This document shows, piece by piece, positions 7,714-14,024 of a stretch of 14,024 nucleotides of DNA. The first letter of the stretch is position 1, and each line of letters starts with the position of its first letter. Below the pieces are notes generated by a model. It was not told the origin of the DNA. It did not search any database and was given only the letters and a program-made list of their open reading frames with translations. Source of the DNA: Candidatus Methylomirabilia bacterium. Its GTDB lineage: Bacteria > Methylomirabilota > Methylomirabilia > Rokubacteriales > CSP1-6. Both the position numbers and the translations under genes were made by a program. The stretch is taken from positions 1 through 14,024 of the forward strand of contig JBHIBG010000068.1 in assembly GCA_046758965.1 (NCBI GenBank), given 5' to 3'.

Positions 7714-9750
7714 TCAGCGGGACGCGGCTCTGCCGCAGGGCGTGGGGGGCTCGGTCCCCCGAATGAAGGCCATGATCACCGGTCGGCGGCAGGTGCTCCC
7801 CGGGTCGAGGTCGATAGGGACGAGCACCACGCCTTCGGGTGGCCGAAACTCCTCCGCCGAGGTCCGGAGCAGGACCCTTCCCATGTAGCTCACCCAGATG
7901 GGCAGCGCCGCCCGTGCGCCGCTTTCATTCTCCCCGAGGCTCTGCGGCTTGTCGTGCCCTACCCAGACCCCCGTCACCAGCTCGGGCGTGAACCCGATGA
8001 ACCAGGCGTTGGAATAGTCGTTCGTGGTTCCTGTCTTGCCGGCGACGGCGCGCCCCAGGACCTTGGCCCCCACGCCGGTGCCCCGCTGCACCGCTCCCTG
8101 CAGCATGTGGGTGATCAGGTATGCGACCTCCGGGGAGAGCGCCGGCTTCCCCTGCGGGATGGACTCGTCGAGCAACCCCCCCTGAGCGTCCGTGATATAG
8201 CGAATCGGTGTCGGGCGGACCCAGCGGCCCTGGTTGGCGAGCGCCCCATAGGCCGAGGTCAACTCGAGGAGTGAAAGCTCCGAGCTCCCCAGGGCCATGG
8301 TGAGGTCGCGGTTAAGCGGGCTCCGAATTCCGAGCCGCCGCGCCACCCCCACGGTCCGCTCGATCCCGACCTGCTCCTGGAGCTTGACCGTCAGCACGTT
8401 CACCGAATGCTCGATCCCTTCCTCGAGGGTGATGAGGCCGCGAAAGGTCTTCTTGTAGTTTTCCGGCTCCCAGGGCTTCCCGTCGGCCCCGTCAGGGTAG
8501 CTGACGGGGCTGTCCTCGATCAGCGTGGCCGGGGTGAGTCCCGATTCCAGGGCCGCAATATAGACAAACGGCTTGAAGGCCGAGCCGGGCTGGCGCTTGG
8601 CGTGCACCGCCCGGTTGAACTCGCTCCGGGAAAAGTCATAGCCCCCGACCATGGCCTTGATGTAACCGGTCTCGGGCTCGATGGTGATCAGCGCCCCCTC
8701 GGGGTGCTCCAAGTCTGGATCGCCTTGGCTCTCGTCTTGGGCGGCTCCCACCCTGGCCTCCAGCGCCTTCAACCCCTTGCGCAGCGATCGCTCGGCCAGG
8801 CGCTGCATTCGGGAGGAGAGCGTGGTGTAGACATTGAGCCCGCCCTTGTAGACCATGCCCTCCCCGTACTGCTCCGCGAGCAGGCCGCGGACGTATTCGA
8901 TGAAGTACTGGCCTGCGGTTCGCCGCTTCTCGGGGGGGATCAATCCCAGCTCGGTGACCATGGCCTGGCGGGCCTGGGCCGGAGTGATGGTCCCCACCTC
9001 CGCCATTCGGTTCAGCACATGCGAGCGTCGCTGCCTGGCGATCGCCGGGTGATTGAAGGGAGAGTAGCTGGTGGGTGCTTTTGGCAGGCCGGCCAACAGC
9101 GTCGCCTCAGGGAGGGTGAGCTCCGCCGCCGACTTGCCGAAGTAGGTGCGGGCCGCGGCCTCCACCCCGTAGGCGCGCTGGCCGAAGTAGATCTGGTTCA
9201 AGTACATCTCCAGAATGCGATCCTTGGAATAGCGGCGTTCCAACTCCAGAGCCAGGAACGCCTCCTTGAGCTTTCGGTTCAGGCTCTTGTCCGGCGTCAG
9301 GAAGAGGACCTTGGCCAGCTGCTGGGTGATCGTGCTTCCGCCCTCCACGATGCGCCCCCGCCGGAAGTTCTGATAGATGGCGCGAGCGATCCCGATCGGA
9401 TCCACGCCGTAGTGCGAATAAAACCGCGAGTCTTCCACGGCGATGATGGCGTCTTTGAGGGCCGGAGGAATCTGGGCCAGGGGCACGAAGCTGCGCCGCT
9501 CCACCTGGAACTCGGCGATCAGCTCGTCGTTGTCGTCGTACAGCCTGGAGCCCTGGATCGGTTGGAAGGTTTCCAGCTCGGTCACGGACGGAAGCGAGCC
9601 CGGGAGGACGGTGAAGACCCAGAAGGCCGACGCGGCCACCCCGAGTATCCCCAGGATGAAGACGGAGGCGAGGCCAAGGGCCACTCGCTGGGGCCACCGG
9701 CGGGGGGTGCTCCGGATGCGCCGTGAGGATCCGATTCGCATTCGGTTCAT
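7714..9750 (-). CDS. Class A penicillin-binding protein (PBP1A family, bifunctional transglycosylase/transpeptidase)
   Basis: 678 aa. Basic N-tail, one TM helix, GT51 motifs EDSRFYSHYG, GGSTITQQL, RKLKE and YLNQIYFG. Transpeptidase SxxK (SAFK), SxN (SVN) and KTG. Confidence 0.96.
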   Translation of the reverse strand: MNRMRIGSSRRIRSTPRRWPQRVALGLASVFILGILGVAASAFWVFTVLPGSLPSVTELETFQPIQGSRLYDDNDELIAEFQVERRSFVPLAQIPPALKDAIIAVEDSRFYSHYGVDPIGIARAIYQNFRRGRIVEGGSTITQQLAKVLFLTPDKSLNRKLKEAFLALELERRYSKDRILEMYLNQIYFGQRAYGVEAAARTYFGKSAAELTLPEATLLAGLPKAPTSYSPFNHPAIARQRRSHVLNRMAEVGTITPAQARQAMVTELGLIPPEKRRTAGQYFIEYVRGLLAEQYGEGMVYKGGLNVYTTLSSRMQRLAERSLRKGLKALEARVGAAQDESQGDPDLEHPEGALITIEPETGYIKAMVGGYDFSRSEFNRAVHAKRQPGSAFKPFVYIAALESGLTPATLIEDSPVSYPDGADGKPWEPENYKKTFRGLITLEEGIEHSVNVLTVKLQEQVGIERTVGVARRLGIRSPLNRDLTMALGSSELSLLELTSAYGALANQGRWVRPTPIRYITDAQGGLLDESIPQGKPALSPEVAYLITHMLQGAVQRGTGVGAKVLGRAVAGKTGTTNDYSNAWFIGFTPELVTGVWVGHDKPQSLGENESGARAALPIWVSYMGRVLLRTSAEEFRPPEGVVLVPIDLDPGSTCRRPVIMAFIRGTEPPTPCGRAASR

Positions 9751-9758
9751 ACACGGTC

Positions 9759-9764
9759 ATTATA
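9759..9764 (-). promoter_or_regulatory. Putative -10 element for the PBP1A gene
   Basis: Plus-strand ATTATA is a perfect TATAAT on the minus strand, 8 nt upstream of ATG 9750, in otherwise very GC-rich DNA. No recognisable -35. Confidence 0.55.
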
Positions 9765-9876
9765 CCGGTAACGTCGCGGTGAGTGGTTGCGAGCGTTCCT
9801 GGGCCAGCCCCCTGCCCGGAGGCGTCGTCCGGGGAGAGGGATCGGTGGTGCAAGCCCTCATCCGGGGTGGCGGCGC

Positions 9877-9905
9877 TTGCTCCGGTTGAGCGAATATGGT
9901 ACAAC
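9877..9905 (+). promoter_or_regulatory. Putative tyrS promoter
   Basis: TTGCTC (9877-9882), 17 nt, TACAAC (9900-9905), with extended -10 TG at 9897-9898. The last -10 base is non-consensus. Confidence 0.45.
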
Positions 9906-9938
9906 CACGCTGCTCATGGAGGTCCTGCGGGTTTCCTG

Positions 9939-11174
9939 ATGATGACCGTTGACGAGCAGCTGGCGCGGATTCGCCGCGGCACCGCCGAGGTTATCGCAGA
10001 GGCTAACCTCCGTCAGAAGCTGGAGCGGTCGGGCCAGACGGGTACGCCCCTCAGGGTAAAGCTGGGCTTGGATCCCACGGCTCCTGACCTGCACCTGGGT
10101 CACACCGTGGTCCTTCAGAAGCTCCGCGATTTCCAGGCGTTGGGCCATCAAGCGATCATCATCATGGGAGACTTCACGGGGATGATCGGCGACCCCTCCG
10201 GCCGTGCGGAGACGCGGAAGCCGCTCAGCCGCGGGGAGATCGAGGCCAACGCGAGCACCTACCGGTCCCAGCTCGGGAAAATTCTCGACATGGACCAGAC
10301 CCGGATTGAGTTCAACTCCGCCTGGCTGGCGTCCTTGACTCTGGAGAATCTGATCCGTCTGACGTCCACCGTGACCGTGGCCCAACTGCTCCAGCGTGAC
10401 GACTTTGCCGGTCGGTACAGCGCAGGGCGGCCGATCAGTCTTCACGAGTTCCTCTACCCGATCTGCCAGGCCTATGACTCCGTGGCGATCGTCGCTGATG
10501 TGGAACTCGGCGGGACGGATCAAACGTTTAATTTGCTGGTGGGGCGGGATCTCCAGCGGGCCTTCGGCCAGGAGCCGCAGGTCGCCATCACCACCCCCAT
10601 TCTCGAGGGATTGGACGGCAGCCAGAAGATGTCCAAGAGCCTCGGGAACTATGTGGGCATCAGCGAACCGCTCGATGAAATGTACGGCAAGCTGATGTCC
10701 ATTCCAGACTCGCTGATGCTGCGGTATTTTACCCTGGTGACGCGGTTGCCCGAGGAGGAGATCGAGACCATCGCCCGGGAGTTGGCCGCAGGGGTGCGCC
10801 ATCCCATGGAGGCCAAGAAGCGGCTGAGCCGGGCGGTGGTGACCCAGTACCATGGTGAGCGGGCAGCGGTGGCGGCGGAGGCGGCCTTCGTCCGAGTGTT
10901 TCAGGAGAGGCAAACCCCCGTTACTGTTGACGAAATCCCACTCCCGACCCCCCACGCCGACACCCCGATCGTGGCAGTGCTGAGGGAGTCCGGGCTGGTC
11001 CCGTCAAACTCTGAGGCGCGGCGTATGATCCAGCAGGGGGCCGTTGAGGTGAATGGGACGAGGATCTCGGACGTGAATACGACCCTCCGGGCCGGCAAGG
11101 AGTACACCATCAAGGTGGGGAAGCGGCGTTTCAGGCGCGTCCTTCTCCGGCTGGAGAGCATGATGGGCCGGTAG
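9939..11174 (+). CDS. tyrS: Tyrosyl-tRNA synthetase (type 2 / TyrZ-like) with C-terminal S4 domain
   Basis: Likely start ATG 9939 or 9942 rather than 9783. LRVKLGLDPTAPDLHLGH (HIGH), GMIGDPSG, YPICQAYDS, GGTDQTFN, KMSKS, and S4 domain SEARRMIQQGAV..KVGKRRF. Confidence 0.97.
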   Translation: MMTVDEQLARIRRGTAEVIAEANLRQKLERSGQTGTPLRVKLGLDPTAPDLHLGHTVVLQKLRDFQALGHQAIIIMGDFTGMIGDPSGRAETRKPLSRGEIEANASTYRSQLGKILDMDQTRIEFNSAWLASLTLENLIRLTSTVTVAQLLQRDDFAGRYSAGRPISLHEFLYPICQAYDSVAIVADVELGGTDQTFNLLVGRDLQRAFGQEPQVAITTPILEGLDGSQKMSKSLGNYVGISEPLDEMYGKLMSIPDSLMLRYFTLVTRLPEEEIETIARELAAGVRHPMEAKKRLSRAVVTQYHGERAAVAAEAAFVRVFQERQTPVTVDEIPLPTPHADTPIVAVLRESGLVPSNSEARRMIQQGAVEVNGTRISDVNTTLRAGKEYTIKVGKRRFRRVLLRLESMMGR

Positions 11175-11185
11175 TCGGTCGAACG

Positions 11186-11227
11186 AGAAAAGAATTACTT
11201 GACAGGCTCTTGTTGCGTCAGTATGAT
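11186..11227 (+). promoter_or_regulatory. rRNA operon promoter (sigma70) with A-rich upstream element
   Basis: TTGACA (11199-11204), 17 nt, TATGAT (11222-11227), preceded by AGAAAAGAATTA. Confidence 0.85.
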
Positions 11228-11319
11228 CAACAGTTGGCCATCGGTATGATGGTGTTGACAGCGGCAGTTGGTTGTTTGCCCTGCTGATCTGTTTCAACTC
11301 TGAGGGGTCTCTTCCCGTC

Positions 11320-11338
11320 GCTCTTTGACAATCGCATA
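11320..11338 (+). promoter_or_regulatory. rrn leader boxA antitermination element
   Basis: GCTCTTTGACAATCGCATA resembles boxA (TGCTCTTTAACA). A near-identical copy lies at 13349-13367. Confidence 0.85.
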
Positions 11339-11369
11339 TGCTACTGGCTCACCGACGAGGTGTGCGAAC
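11338..11369 (+). other. 5' strand of the 16S precursor processing stem (pairs with 13063-13099)
   Basis: ATGCTACTGGCTC (11338-11350) pairs with GGGCCAGTAGCAT (13087-13099). ACGAGG pairs with CCTCGT (13075-13080). CGAAC pairs with GTTCG (13063-13067). Confidence 0.8.
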
Positions 11370-11437
11370 CTGTATCTGAGTTTTCCTTGCGCTCGAGTCC
11401 GAGGCACATGGGCTTGAGCTTTGGGAACCAGGGTTAT

Positions 11438-13011
<1,574 letters not shown>

Positions 13012-13109
13012 CTTCGAGAGGGCCGGGGCCCTTGGGGGTCCCGGCTCTCCACAAGCTTCGTCGTTCGAGCGCTCCCTCGTTCCGGCGGGCCAGTAGCATT
13101 TTTTCTTTT

Positions 13110-13186
13110 GGGCCTTTAGCTCAGTCGGCTAGAGCGCGCGCTTGATAAGCGCGAGGTCCCTGGTTCGACCCCAGGAAGGCCCACCA
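13110..13186 (+). tRNA. tRNA-Ile(GAT)
   Basis: Acceptor stem GGGCCTT/AAGGCCC, anticodon stem CGCGC/GCGCG with loop TTGATAA (GAT 13144-13146), T arm CCTGG-TTCGACC-CCAGG, encoded CCA. Confidence 0.98.
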
Positions 13187-13231
13187 CGAGCGAGGCGAAA
13201 GTCTCGTTGTGAGATTCGCCGCGGGTGGCAA

Positions 13232-13307
13232 GGGGATGTAGCTCAGCTGGGAGAGCACCTGCTTTGCAAGCAGGGGGTCGGCGGTTCGAGTCCGCTCATC
13301 TCCACCA
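13232..13307 (+). tRNA. tRNA-Ala(TGC)
   Basis: Acceptor stem GGGGATG/CATCTCC with the G3:U70 alanine determinant, anticodon TGC 13265-13267, TTCGA T-loop, encoded CCA. Confidence 0.98.
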
Positions 13308-13329
13308 TCGCCGTCGGCGTGTGAGCGTA

Positions 13330-13367
13330 TGCGGGCGCTGCCCGCAAAGCTCTTTGACAACCGCATA
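13330..13367 (+). promoter_or_regulatory. Spacer boxB-like hairpin plus boxA
   Basis: Hairpin TGCGGGC-GCT-GCCCGCA (13330-13346) followed by GCTCTTTGACAACCGCATA (13349-13367), 18/19 identical to the leader copy. Confidence 0.85.
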
Positions 13368-13405
13368 GGACGACCCTCGAGTGTAGCCAGGCGATCGTTC
13401 TCCGT

Positions 13406-14024
13406 GGTCAAGCTACTAAGGGCGAACGGTGGATGCCTTGGCGCCAGGAAGCGACGAAGGGCGTGGCAAGCTGCGATAAGCCTCGGGGAGCCGCAAGCAG
13501 GCTGTGATCCGGGGATGCCCGAATGGGGAAACCTGGGTGGGGTAATGCCCACTCATCCGTGCCTGAATCCATAGGGCGCGGAGGCAAACCGAGGGAACTG
13601 AAACATCTCAGTACCTCGAGGAAAAGAAAGCAACCGCGATTCCCTGAGTAGTGGCGAGCGAAAGGGGAACAGCCCAAACCGGGCCGGGAAACCGGTCCGG
13701 GGTTGTGGGGCGCCTTCAGGGGTAACCCGGGGAGTCACCAAACAGGGCGATAGTCGAAGGCTCTGGAACGAGCCGCCAAAGAAGGTGACAGTCCTGTAGA
13801 CGAAATCGCGTCTGTCTCCCTGGAAGGCGTTCCCGAGTACCACGGGACACGTGGAACCCCGTGGGAAGCTGGGGGGACCACCCTCCAAGGCTAAATATTC
13901 CCTGGCGACCGATAGTGAACCAGTACCGTGAGGGAAAGGCGAAAAGAACCCCGGCGAGGGGAGTGAAACAGAACCTGAAACCGTTTGCCTACAAGCGGTG
14001 GGAGGGCTATGCCGCCGCAAGGCG
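13406..14024 (+). rRNA. rrl: 23S ribosomal RNA (5' part, runs off the window)
   Basis: GGTCAAGCTACTAAGGGCGAACGGTGGATGCCTTGG at the start, then CCGAATGGGGAAACC, GAACTGAAACATCTCAGTA and CCGATAGTGAACCAGTACCGTGAGGGAAAGG. Confidence 0.99.

Noticed and set aside
9810..9867. GC-rich alternative hairpins (CCCGGA/TCCGGG, GAGGG/CCCTC; TCCGGGG twice) between the divergent promoters
   Set aside because: Short stems are expected at this GC content, and the segment lies upstream of both predicted TSSs, so it is probably untranscribed.
9783..9938. N-terminal extension of TyrRS, or a T-box leader upstream of tyrS
   Set aside because: Homology begins at ~9939. GGTGG occurs but without the T-box consensus, a specifier stem or a terminator, and the putative promoter is only ~35 nt from the start.
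11227..11260. Second TATGAT (11245) and TTGACA (11255) as a tandem rrn P2 promoter
   Set aside because: Order and spacing do not form a -35/-10 pair. The bases fit better as a leader hairpin (TCAACA/TGTTGA, CCATC/GATGG).
13099..13109. T-rich tract before tRNA-Ile as an intrinsic terminator
   Set aside because: There is no local hairpin. The preceding bases are the 3' strand of the long-range 16S processing stem within a boxA-antiterminated operon.

Overview
A GC-rich bacterial housekeeping region. On the + strand: hisS (5'-truncated by the window) and aspS (non-discriminating signature), then a canonical sigma70 promoter driving phoH-like ATPase, ybeY, era, recO and an alpha2-type glycyl-tRNA synthetase. 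A class A penicillin-binding protein (PBP1A family) lies convergent on the - strand. Divergent from it are tyrS and the start of an rRNA operon: promoter, boxA leader, complete 16S, tRNA-Ile(GAT), tRNA-Ala(TGC), second boxA and the first ~620 nt of 23S. From memory the 16S resembles Methylomirabilota/Rokubacteria, but this is tentative and needs a database search. I see no mobile element, CRISPR array, defence system or uncharacterised large ORF, so I cannot support a claim of a new multi-gene system. The items most worth a second look are small: a 14-codon mini-ORF that overlaps both the recO stop and the GlyRS start by ATGA, an apparent extra Cys/His metal site nested in GlyRS insertion 1, His->Asp in the YbeY zinc motif, an altered Era KH loop, a structured phoH leader, a probably leaderless PBP1A mRNA and a short uORF abutting tyrS.
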